Positions 12,401 through 20,682 of a stretch of DNA of 64,000 nt are shown piece by piece; position 1 is the first letter of the stretch, and each line of letters opens with the position of its first letter. A program made the translations under genes and the position numbers. Source of the stretch: Lama guanicoe (taxonomy: Eukaryota); contig MU053504.1 in assembly GCA_013239625.1 (NCBI GenBank), positions 1,366,001 through 1,430,000 on the forward strand, given 5' to 3'. The notes under the pieces were generated by a model. It saw only the letters and a list, made by a program, of their open reading frames with translations, was not told the origin of the DNA and searched no databases.

Positions 12401-14520
12401 CAGGCCTCTGCTATGGGGGTGATGGCCAGTCCTGGTGTCTGAGTGATTCCCTGGGCCCAGCAAAGGGACCAAGTTTCCAGGTCAGCGACACCACTGGATG
12501 CCTTCCGTCTGCCTCTGGGAGCTGTGGGTTGGCATGAGGTGGGGTAGAGACCCAACCTGGCCTGAGGCTCACTCTGGAAACTGGAGGGAGAAGGAAGGGG
12601 AGGCGCTGCCTTGGCTAACAGGGTTGAGATTTCTGATCTTAAACGTCTCCACTGAATATTCTTCTCCCAGAGCCCTGAAGACAAGGGGTAATACCCCAAA
12701 ATATGGACTTATTTTCCACTCTACCTTCATTGGCCGAGCAGCCGCCAAGAACAAAGGCCGCATCTCCCGATACCTGGCAAACAAATGCAGCATTGCCTCA
12801 CGAATTGATTGCTTCTCTGGTATGGGTTGGGGGGGTTGGTGGTTGGAGGGAGGGGAGGCCGACTACCTTAGCAGCTTCTACAATGATGGCAATATTTTTC
12901 GTCAACAGCAGTTCACCTAGTGAGTGTTGATACTCTGGGTCTGAGTGGAGCTGAAGGTAGAGGGAACACTGGGGGTGGGGACTCTTTTGTCACTTTGCAG
13001 CCTGACAGGCTTTGTTTACCCACATACACATACATCCAGAGGTGCCCACCAGTGTATTTGGGGAGAAGCTTCGAGAACAAGTCGAGGAGCGGCTGTCCTT
13101 CTATGAGACTGGAGAGATTCCACGAAAGAATCTGGATGTCATGAAGGAGGCGATGGTGCAGGTGAGTTTGAGCTTTGCTATGTGGGGGAGAAGCAATGCT
13201 GGCTGTTGGAGGTGATGAGCTCTCTTAGCCTGACCTTGCAGAGTGGAGGCAAAAAAACTGATTTAATGAGCCTGATCCAATAAAGCCAGGAGAAGCCCCA
13301 GAGCCAGGGTTCCTGAGAGCCTTTTCAGCACTTTTCTTTGGCCAGGCAGAGGAAGCCGCTGCCGAGATCACTAGGAAGTTGGAGAAACAGGAGAAGAAAC
13401 GCTTGAAGAAGGAAAAGAAACGGCTGGCTGCAATGGCCCTGGCTTCTTCAGAGAACAGTAGTACTCCGGAGGAGTGTGAGGTCAGTAGGCAAGATTCTAG
13501 GTGTAGGATTTTCAACAGCAGAACAAAGGATATGCCACCTCAAGTCATGGTCTGGAGTGCAGGCTTTTGGACTGAAATAAGGACCTGAAACCTGAAACTA
13601 TGTCTTGATTCTATACGAAGGATATAGGTGCTGAGAGAGCTCACTCAAGAGCCCAGGGAGCTGGTTGTAGCAGCACTGTTCCTTGGGCGAGTGTGTTCTG
13701 TCCTCTGCTGCCTCCCAGGAGTCCTCAACCAGGAGTAGTGTAAATTCCTGCTCCGCTTGTTCTCAGATGTGTCCAGAGGTGGTAACATTTCATGGTGATG
13801 AGGGCAGGGAGGTCTCCATTGAACCATTCTCCCTGGGCTTGTCACAGTACCCAATTTGCCAGTGTTCTGGGGTCCCCTCTGGAACCTTGCATGGTGGGGT
13901 TTTCTACTTGATGGGCTTAGGTCATTGTGTGTTCTCTCCACCCTCCAGGTTAGTCGGTGGGGGGCGGGGGGGCACTTCCAGGCCTATATCCATACAATTA
14001 AAAATCCTAGAAACAGTGGGCAATTTTAACACCACTTCCACAGTCTTTCTGCCCTGATTACTTACCAGCTGGAGTTTCAGTGGTGGGGGGGGGTGTTCAT
14101 ACAGTGAATGACACTGCTCCATGTGCGTTTTCCCCTTTCCCCCGTCAGGAGACAAGTGAAAAACCCAAAAAGAAGAAAAAGCAAAAGCCCCAGGAGGTTC
14201 CTCAGGAAAATGGAATGGAAGACCCATCTGTCTCTTTCTCCAAACCCAAGAAAAAGAAATCTTTTTCCAAGGAGGAGCTGGTTAGTAGTGATCTTGAAGA
14301 GACAGCTGGCAATGTAAGTCTTCCCAAGAGGAAGAAATCTTTCCCCAAAGAGGAACCGGTTAGCGACCTTGAAGAATCAGGAAATAAGAGTGTCCCCAAG
14401 AAAAAGAGGAAATTGTCCAAGGAGGAGACACTCAGCAGTGGACCTGAGGAGCCCGCTGTTGCCAAGAACAGTGGCTCCAAGAAAAAGAAAAAGCTCCGGA
14501 AGCTATCCCAGCAAGACTAG
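9032..14520 (+). CDS. NOP56: Nucleolar protein 56 (box C/D snoRNP core protein), 12 coding exons, 1788 nt / 595 aa
   Basis: Exons 9032-9034, 9189-9278, 9627-9741, 10579-10740, 11030-11228, 11599-11786, 11868-12019, 12200-12300, 12671-12819, 13040-13161, 13346-13480, 14149-14520. All GT-AG with consistent phases. Nop-domain motifs ([35 protein letters not shown]) and K/E-rich tail. Confidence 0.98.
9189..9278 (+). CDS. NOP56: NOP56 exon 2
   Basis: tttctag|[30 protein letters not shown]|gtgggt. Confidence 0.95.
9627..9741 (+). CDS. NOP56: NOP56 exon 3
   Basis: ccccag|[19 protein letters not shown]|gtgagt. Confidence 0.95.
10003..10116 (-). mobile_element. tRNA-derived SINE (Vic-1-like), NOP56 intron 3
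   Basis: Reverse complement of the tRNA-like head and aaacctaattac tail shared with the other copies. Confidence 0.85.
10357..10424 (+). ncRNA. SNORD110: Box C/D snoRNA SNORD110 (NOP56 intron 3)
   Basis: Box C GTGATGA 10362-10368, box D CTGA 10417-10420. Perfect 10-bp terminal stem caggctttgc/gcaaagcctg. D' guide AATCTGTCAATCC is complementary to 18S rRNA GGATTGACAGATT (Um1288 region, recalled). Confidence 0.93.
10579..10740 (+). CDS. NOP56: NOP56 exon 4
   Basis: ccctgag|(G)[36 protein letters not shown]|gtgaga. Confidence 0.93.
10762..10875 (-). mobile_element. tRNA-derived SINE (Vic-1-like), NOP56 intron 4
   Basis: A/B-box tRNA-like head. TSD ctaacatt at 10754-10761 and 10876-10883. Confidence 0.9.
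11030..11228 (+). CDS. NOP56: NOP56 exon 5
   Basis: ctccag|(G)[20 protein letters not shown](R)|gtaaag. Confidence 0.95.
11342..11473 (+). ncRNA. SNORA51: Box H/ACA snoRNA SNORA51 (NOP56 intron 5)
   Basis: Two hairpins (gcctcct..gaggaggc; ccccat..atgggg), ACA at 11468-11470, 3 nt from the end. Close to the recalled human SNORA51. Confidence 0.9.
11599..11786 (+). CDS. NOP56: NOP56 exon 6
   Basis: ttgcag|[17 protein letters not shown]|gtcagt. Confidence 0.95.
11868..12019 (+). CDS. NOP56: NOP56 exon 7
   Basis: ccttag|(G)[16 protein letters not shown]|gtgcgt. Confidence 0.95.
12200..12300 (+). CDS. NOP56: NOP56 exon 8
   Basis: ctccag|[33 protein letters not shown](R)|gtacca. Confidence 0.95.
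12363..12448 (+). ncRNA. SNORD86: Box C/D snoRNA SNORD86 (NOP56 intron 8, cis-acting)
   Basis: Stem gatcac/gtgatt. C GTGATGG 12370-12376, D' CTGA 12391-12394, C' GTGATGG 12419-12425, D CTGA 12439-12442. Matches recalled SNORD86. Confidence 0.93.
12671..12819 (+). CDS. NOP56: NOP56 exon 9
   Basis: tcccag|[25 protein letters not shown]|gtatgg. Confidence 0.95.
12878..12948 (+). ncRNA. SNORD56: Box C/D snoRNA SNORD56 (NOP56 intron 9)
   Basis: C ATGATGG 12883-12889, D CTGA 12941-12944, stem cagcttctac/gtggagctg. Guide TATTTTTCGTCA is complementary to 18S TGACGAAAAATA (Cm517, recalled). Confidence 0.93.
13040..13161 (+). CDS. NOP56: NOP56 exon 10
   Basis: atccag|(E)[24 protein letters not shown]|gtgagt. 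Confidence 0.95.
13207..13280 (+). ncRNA. SNORD57: Box C/D snoRNA SNORD57 (NOP56 intron 10)
   Basis: C GTGATGA 13212-13218, D CTGA 13272-13275, stem ttgga/tccaa. Guide AACTGATTTAATGAGC is complementary to 18S GCTCATTAAATCAGTT (Am99, recalled). Confidence 0.93.
13346..13480 (+). CDS. NOP56: NOP56 exon 11
   Basis: ggccag|[30 protein letters not shown]|gtcagt. Confidence 0.95.
14149..14520 (+). CDS. NOP56: NOP56 exon 12 (K/E-rich tail, stop TAG)
   Basis: cgtcag|[25 protein letters not shown] at 14572-14577. Confidence 0.95.
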   Translation, partial: ETSEKPKKKKKQKPQEVPQENGMEDPSVSFSKPKKKKSFSKEELVSSDLEETAGNVSLPKRKKSFPKEEPVSDLEESGNKSVPKKKRKLSKEETLSSGPEEPAVAKNSGSKKKKKLRKLSQQD

Positions 14521-14571
14521 GATGGACATTTCCTGCAGAGTATTCCCCAGCCCATCCCCTATATCCCAGTA

Positions 14572-14577
14572 AATAAA
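14572..14577 (+). terminator. NOP56 polyadenylation signal
   Basis: AATAAA 51 nt after the stop codon. Confidence 0.85.
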
Positions 14578-14611
14578 AACAAGTTCAAAGTTCACAGTTG
14601 ACATACCATGT

Positions 14612-14617
14612 TTTATT
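14612..14617 (-). terminator. IDH3B polyadenylation signal
   Basis: TTTATT on + (AATAAA on -), 30 nt after the distal-exon stop. Confidence 0.85.
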
Positions 14618-14647
14618 GAAAACACCTTACATGGGTGTGGGTGGGGC

Positions 14648-14728
14648 CTATGGGTAGGACAGGGCGCCAATAACAGCCTCAGTGAAGTCCTGGCAGGTGG
14701 CATAGCCACCCATGTCAGAAGTTCGAAC
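14648..14728 (-). CDS. IDH3B: IDH3B distal alternative last exon (383-aa isoform)
   Basis: cctacag|VRTSDMGGYATCQDFTEAVIGALSYP*. Minus-strand AATAAA at 14612-14617. Confidence 0.92.
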   Translation of the reverse strand, partial: VRTSDMGGYATCQDFTEAVIGALSYP

Positions 14729-14939
14729 CTGTAGGGGAGAATTGCAATCATCCCTGTGGCCTGAGCCCCACCCCTAACCCCACCACCACCTAACAGTCCC
14801 CTAAGGAAGCCAGCCCCAGACAACCTAGGCTCTGCCCATAAGGTGATTATGGTCTAGAGGTTTAAGGGCTCTTCTCTGGTCCACTGTACTGAAGGGAGGT
14901 GTGGTGTGGTCCTTGTGAGGTTGGAGGGAATAAAGGACT

Positions 14940-15026
14940 CTAGCCCCCATAGGGGTGCAGGTGGCCGATGACAGACTTGATGAAGTCGGTTGTGGTGCTG
15001 TAGCCGCCCATGTCTCGAGTCCGTAC
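14940..15026 (-). CDS. IDH3B: IDH3B proximal alternative last exon
   Basis: ctgtag|[28 protein letters not shown]. Confidence 0.92.
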   Translation of the reverse strand, partial: VRTRDMGGYSTTTDFIKSVIGHLHPYGG

Positions 15027-18000
15027 CTACAGCCACCACCGGCAACAGCCGTGGGGGAGAAGAGAAGAGAGCCCATGAAGGCGGAGGCAGGGCAGTGTGA
15101 TGGAAATGGAATCCAAAGAGGGAAGACAAGGCCAGAAAGAAGCAATGCAGCAGAGACGCAAGGAGGCGGCCAGGTTTAGAAAAGCAGACCAGTCCACTCC
15201 TGTCTTCTGAGGGCCAGAGCCACTAGTGAGCCCCACTGCGGCCTGGGTGAGGTGGGAGGCCGAGCATGAGTGAGATGGGAGACGTAGATCAGAGCCGGGA
15301 GGAGGATGCCGAGGAGGAAACAAGACCAGGTAGGAGCAAAGATGGCAGGGAAATGGCAGATGAGGATGGGCTTCCAGGTGTGGAGAAAGTGACACTGGTG
15401 CCTCATCCTGCCAACTCTTCTCCCTCTGCTCCAACATCCCCCCAGAGGAAAAGCTGCAAGTTCTGCATTAAGATGGCCAATTAAAGAGCCAATGGATGGA
15501 GCAGGAAAGAGAAAATAGCAGGTGGGAACCAGGAGGCAGAGGAGACCAAGAGGATGAAACAGCCAAGAGAAGGGAAATGAACAGCCCTGATAAGAACGGG
15601 GCAAGATCAGAGAGCAGATGCTCTGGGGACCCGGAGGGAAAAGAGGCCCCAACTCAGGTTCCCCAGAAAGTAGTGCTGAGGCCCTAAACCCCACAGCCTT
15701 TCTAAACTCACCTTGCCAACTTTGATCACCTTCTTCACCGCATCTGCAATCATGTTGGAGTGATGCTCGAGACTGTCAATGTGCACAGAAAGAAACTGAG
15801 AATCCCCGCTCCGTCGTGCCCGATTTCCCAACCTGTGCTCCCTGGGACAACACCCAGAAGCCTCCCACCCACCAGGACCTACTTAAGGTGTCGCAGCATG
15901 TTGGAAGCTGACAGCAGCATGGCTGTGGGGTTGGCTATATTCCTGCCCACCGCCTGGGCAAATGGATGCCGGGCGCCCTGTGGAGAGAGGAGCAGCCCAG
16001 AGTCACTGGGAGCAGACATTCTGCAGAGACTGCAGTCAGGAAAGGGCATTAGAAGAAAGGTCAGAGGCACTGGGAAGATGCAAGGGCTGGGGACAGGAGC
16101 AGGCCAGGATCACAAAGGAAGGGGACACACTGGGGGCGAGCTATCAGGGGGACCTGAGGTCAGAAGAAGGGCACACAGAGGGCAGAGGTGACCTCACTCA
16201 CCATCTCAAAGACTGCGTACTCTGCGCTGTAGCTCTCCCCAGGGACCACACCAGCTCCCCCAACCAGGCCGGCTGCCAGATTGTCAATAATGTTCCCGTA
16301 GAGATTGGGCATCACCAACACATCAAATTGGTAAGGATTCTGCACCAGCTGGTGGGGAGGGGGGCAAAATGGTGGGCACAGAGAACAGAAGTTAAACCCC
16401 ACTTGCTGCCCTCACTCAGCACTGAGAACACAGACAGGGGAGGCCTCACCTGCATGCAGCAGTTGTCTATGATCATTGTCTCGAACTTAATCTTGGGGTA
16501 GAGTTCAGCAACTTCCTCGCAGCACTGCAGGAACAACCCATCCCCGAGTTTCCTGCCCATGAGCCAAAGGGAACAGACTCAGCCAAGAAAGTGCAGGGGG
16601 CTACCTTCCCAGGAACCCACCCCACACAAATCACATCCCTCACATGATATTGGCCTTGTGGACAGCTGTGACCTTGCTCCGCCCCTTCTTAGTGGCATAG
16701 TCAAAGGCGAACTTCGCTATCCGCTGAGATTTGGTTCGAGTGACAATCTTCAAGCACTCAATCACGCCCCTCGCACTCTGTGTAAGAGAGAGGCAACTAG
16801 GTGACACTGGAAAGGAGGCACAAAGGAGCTCCGCCTCTGTCCCACCTTCACCCCTGCCCTCACCTCGTGTTCCAGAGAGCTGTACTCCCCTTCTGTCTGC
16901 TCTCGAATGATCACCAAATCTAGATTGTTGTGTCGAGTCTTGTACCCAGGAAGTGACTTCACGTGGACTACATTGGCAAACAAGTCCAACTTACGCCTGG
17001 GGGTGGGGCAGAGTCATGAGCACTGTGCCTGGGGCCCCAGTACCCCCACTGACCACGGGCCCTCCACCACCTACCTCAGCCGCATATCATAGGAAGCTAG
17101 TTCCCCCTTATACTCCATTGGGGTATGGATCTTTCCTGCATAAACAGAATCACGGGGGAGAGCTGTCAGTCACAGGCCAAGCCCAGGGGAACCCAGACTG
17201 GCAGCCAATCCCCTCAGTGACATAATGCAACCCAGACTCCCATCTCCCACTCCCAAACAAGTGGCTCTTAAGTGCCTCTGGAGACAAGGGGCAAAGGAGA
17301 GTAATATACTTAGAGTGAGAAATATTTTGTCCACTGTTTTATTTTTAGTTACTATATTTCTATGTTGAAACTTTAAAATGACCTAAAAGGGGAAAAATTT
17401 CTTGTGTTATCAAAGAGCCTGGGTTCAAGGCTGAGAAACAATGCTGGGGATCTGTGACCCTTCTGGATGTTTCTGTGTCTACTATTTGACATCTTTCCAA
17501 CAAACACTGAGTATCGACCATCTGTCAGGCACTAGGGATAGTGATCAAAACACACAACACACAACTCCTGTCCTCAAGGGTCAAACAATGCTTTGGGGAA
17601 GACAGTTAATATGAAAGACATGATAAATACATGTGAAAGGTATTAACAACATGCCTAGGAGCACAGAGAAGAAATTCCCTCTGGTAACATCAGGCAGTAT
17701 CATAGAACGGCTGGTACTTCAGCCAGAACTTAGGTTAAGTGAGTGTACGAGGTTGAATGGTGACCCCCAAAATGGGGTCTAACCCCCAGAACCTGTAAAT
17801 GTGACCTCATTTGGGAAAATAAGTGTCCACAGATATAATACGGATCTTGAGATGAAATCATACTGGATCCGGGTGGGTCCTAAATCCAATGGTAAGTCCT
17901 TATACAAGAAAAGGAGAAACAGATACACAGACACAGAGTGGAGAAAACCATAGAAGACGGAGGCAGAGATTGAAGTGATGCATCTACAAGCCAAGAAACA

Positions 18001-19491
18001 CTGAGGAATGCCAGCAGCTGCCAGGAACCACCAGCAGCTGGAAGAGGCAAGGAAGGATTCTCCCCAAATCTTCAGAGGGAGCTCTGCCAACACTTTAATT
18101 TTGAGATGCTGGCTTCCAGAACTGTGAGAGAATAAATTTCTGCCATTTTAAGCCACCAGGTTTGTGACAATTTGTTACAGCAGCCCTAGGAAACTAACAC
18201 AGGGAGGGAGGAAGGTTCTGGCAGGGGGCACCAAAAGGAGAACACTGTGGGCGGAAGGAAAAGCAGAAATCAAAATACATGTATTTGGAAACTAACACAG
18301 TCTGGTGGGACCAAAACATAGAACAAGTGTTGTAAAAATGAAGGCAGAAAGGCCGAGGGTCAACTCATAAAGAACTTATTTTCCTACACTAAGGCTGGGC
18401 CTGGCAAAGTCATGCGGGTCTTTCCAAGAGAGGAGACTGAGAGAATGGACTGTAGGGGCAGAAGTGAAAGCCAAAAAAATCTAATGAGGCAATTACAGTA
18501 GGGAAGCAGAAAGAAAGACAAAAGAAAAGAGGCAGCTAGAAGTGGCATTCTAGAAACACAATTAAGACTTGATGGCTCACAATGTAGTCCCATGACAGAC
18601 CCCAAATTCTTGGGGCCTTCCTGCATAGACATGATCTCCCAACTCCTGGGTTCTCAAGGGAGAGGAACAAATGGCCACCAATCAATGGTGGGAGCTAAGG
18701 AGAGTTATCGGATTAACATGTGCTGAGGAAAGCTTAATAAACTTTTATTCGTTAGATTTTAAATAATTCTTTCGGGATAGCAAGGTAGCACACATACCAA
18801 TTATGGCCACTTTGTTCTCCTTCATGGAGCTCAGCACCTGCTCCAGCTTCTCCTCAGATGCCATATTCTGCACCTCGCTCAGGTGATGTTCCTGGAACTC
18901 CACTGGGACAGAGGCAGCCTTCAGGGACAGGTGCCAAAAATCACAGTCAGGATCGAATTAAGCCCTTTCCAGCCCACACCATCGTCCCTGCTGGCTGATT
19001 CCTCCAGGGCACTCACCTTGAAAACCTCCTTGACAGCGTGCATCAGCTCAGGCCCCACGCCGTCTCCAGGCAGCATAGTCACGGGAAAGGCGCCCTCCAC
19101 CCTCACGTCCTCAGCCTGCGAGCGGAGCCAGCAGAGAAAGAGCTGGGGCGGGGGCAGGCGTGCTGGGGGGAGGGAACGGGACGGGGAGGCGGGGTAGAGG
19201 CCAGAAAAGGAGGAGTGAGGGGCGTGGGCGAGACTGGAGCCCAACTTGCGATTACCTGGCTGCGCGAGGCGGCTTGCGCCACGGCCGAGGTGCACAGGCT
19301 CCTCCATGCTCCGGGGTTCGGGGCAGCGACCAGCGCCTACGACAAACACATAAGCCTGTGAGGTCGGGTCTGGACTCCTCAGATCCCGAAAACTTTTCTG
19401 AGCCCGGTACAGACCCGCCGCTCTCCCGCCCGCCCCGGCGTGCCCCGACCCTCACCCGGGTCAGCCAGCGGACGCCTCTGACGGCCGCCAT
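14940..19491 (-). CDS. IDH3B: NAD-dependent isocitrate dehydrogenase 3 beta subunit, 385-aa isoform
   Basis: Exons 19456-19491, 19256-19336, 19017-19115, 18798-18918, 17075-17135, 16864-16996, 16644-16777, 16450-16552, 16202-16348, 15883-15977, 15712-15772, 14940-15026. GT-AG with consistent phases. Mitochondrial presequence and motifs [40 protein letters not shown]. Confidence 0.97.
15712..15772 (-). CDS. IDH3B: IDH3B exon 11
   Basis: (N)[20 protein letters not shown]|gtgagt. Confidence 0.93.
15883..15977 (-). CDS. IDH3B: IDH3B exon 10
   Basis: [31 protein letters not shown]|gtaggt. Confidence 0.94.
16202..16348 (-). CDS. IDH3B: IDH3B exon 9
   Basis: [27 protein letters not shown]|gtgagt. 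Confidence 0.94.
16450..16552 (-). CDS. IDH3B: IDH3B exon 8
   Basis: [25 protein letters not shown]|gtgagg. Confidence 0.94.
16644..16777 (-). CDS. IDH3B: IDH3B exon 7
   Basis: [34 protein letters not shown](M)|gtgagg. Confidence 0.94.
16864..16996 (-). CDS. IDH3B: IDH3B exon 6
   Basis: [27 protein letters not shown]|gtgagg. Confidence 0.94.
17075..17135 (-). CDS. IDH3B: IDH3B exon 5
   Basis: (G)[19 protein letters not shown](R)|gtaggt. Confidence 0.93.
17744..18201 (+). mobile_element. MaLR solo LTR (MLT1-type), inserted in an L2 remnant in IDH3B intron 4
   Basis: TG..CA ends and the typical 3' end ccagaactgtgagagaataaatttct..gcagccctaggaaactaacaca. Confidence 0.85.
18798..18918 (-). CDS. 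IDH3B: IDH3B exon 4
   Basis: [40 protein letters not shown]|gtatgt. Confidence 0.93.
19017..19115 (-). CDS. IDH3B: IDH3B exon 3
   Basis: [33 protein letters not shown]|gtgagt. Confidence 0.94.
19256..19336 (-). CDS. IDH3B: IDH3B exon 2
   Basis: [27 protein letters not shown]|gtaatc. Confidence 0.92.
19456..19491 (-). CDS. IDH3B: IDH3B exon 1 (coding part)
   Basis: gacATGg Kozak context, [12 protein letters not shown]|gtgagg. Confidence 0.92.
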
Positions 19492-20557
19492 GTCCTCCGC
19501 GGGAAGTCGCGTGGGAAGTGACGTCGGAAGCCGGCGCGGCCGGGGACCTCTATTTCCGGTCCGGCGCGGGTGCGCGCGCTTCTCTCTTTTCCTCCAACCG
19601 AAACCTCCTGCCCGCTTGTCTTCCTCCTCTTTCATCCTCTTCTGTTCACTCTTCCCCTAGAGGCTGATGCGACGCACGACCACTTTGTCAATTGCTTTAT
19701 TTTCAGTTACCGTATGTAATTTATGTTGAAACTTCAAAACATCTAAGGAGATTTCATTTTTATCCAGCGAGGACCTGAGTTTAATAACAAGTTGAAAATC
19801 GGTATTGGGGAATCTGTCTTTTCTTAATGTTTTTGTGCCTACGTATTTGTCACTCTTTTAACCAATTTTCACTGAACAATGGTATGTCAGACACTAAAGG
19901 CATTAACAAATACCATACAGTCCGTGGGAGAAGGTGTGTGTGTCTGGTTTCTTCGGTCTCCTAGCCCATCAAGTTTCCTTGTGGTTTTATCCTATGTGTT
20001 CTTGTTCTTTGCTCTGTAAGTTATTTCCCTGATAGTATATCCCAGACCTGAACTCCCCTGAGCAGGCTCGTAATTGGAGACAGAAATTACTTCAAGCATG
20101 TAAGTGTGACTGAAAGAGAATTTCAGGCTGATTTTTTTAATTCCAGTCACGTGCTGTTTACAAATGACCTGCTTAAAACAGATGACAGAGGAGGATTTGC
20201 CTAAGCCAGTATTCTGGAAGTGTGGTTTTGGATCACTTGTCAGTTGTTTAAAATGTAGACTTATGAGGCTCACCCCAGACTTGATGAATCTGAATATCAG
20301 GATTCAGGCCCCAGAAAATACATGTTTAACAGGCTCCCCTAGATGACACACACCACTAACTAGGTTCTTTGTGACTTGTATATCTCATCCATCCGAAAAG
20401 GTGCAGGGCATTCTCCCACCCAAGGGAGAGAATGCAGTCGTTCTAATTTGGGGGACTAAGCACAGTTTTTTCCACATTCTTTTAGGCAGGACATTCTCTA
20501 CAGTTGTAGGGTGAAAAGATTTAAATTAGATAATAAAAGTGTAAGAAACTTGAACAA

Positions 20558-20682
20558 GGGGAAGCTATAGCTCAGTGGTAGAGTGCACGCTTAGCATGCA
20601 TGAGGTCCTGGGTTCCATCCTCAGTACCTCCATTAAATAAATAGACCAAATTACCCCCAGGAAAAAATACATAATTTTTTTA
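20558..20682 (+). mobile_element. tRNA-derived SINE (Vic-1-like)
   Basis: tagctcagtggtagag..ggttcca. 15-bp TSD aagaaacttgaacaa at 20543-20557 and 20683-20697. Confidence 0.92.

Larger units (their letters stand above)
19250..19680 (-). promoter_or_regulatory. IDH3B CpG-island promoter with tandem ETS/GABP and CRE-like motifs
   Basis: CpG-dense. gggaagtcgcgtgggaagtgacgtcggaagccgg at 19501-19534 and tttccggt at 19553-19560. Confidence 0.8.

Noticed and set aside
13795..13870. Perfect box C GTGATGA in NOP56 intron 11
   Set aside because: No CTGA box D at a suitable distance and no terminal stem.
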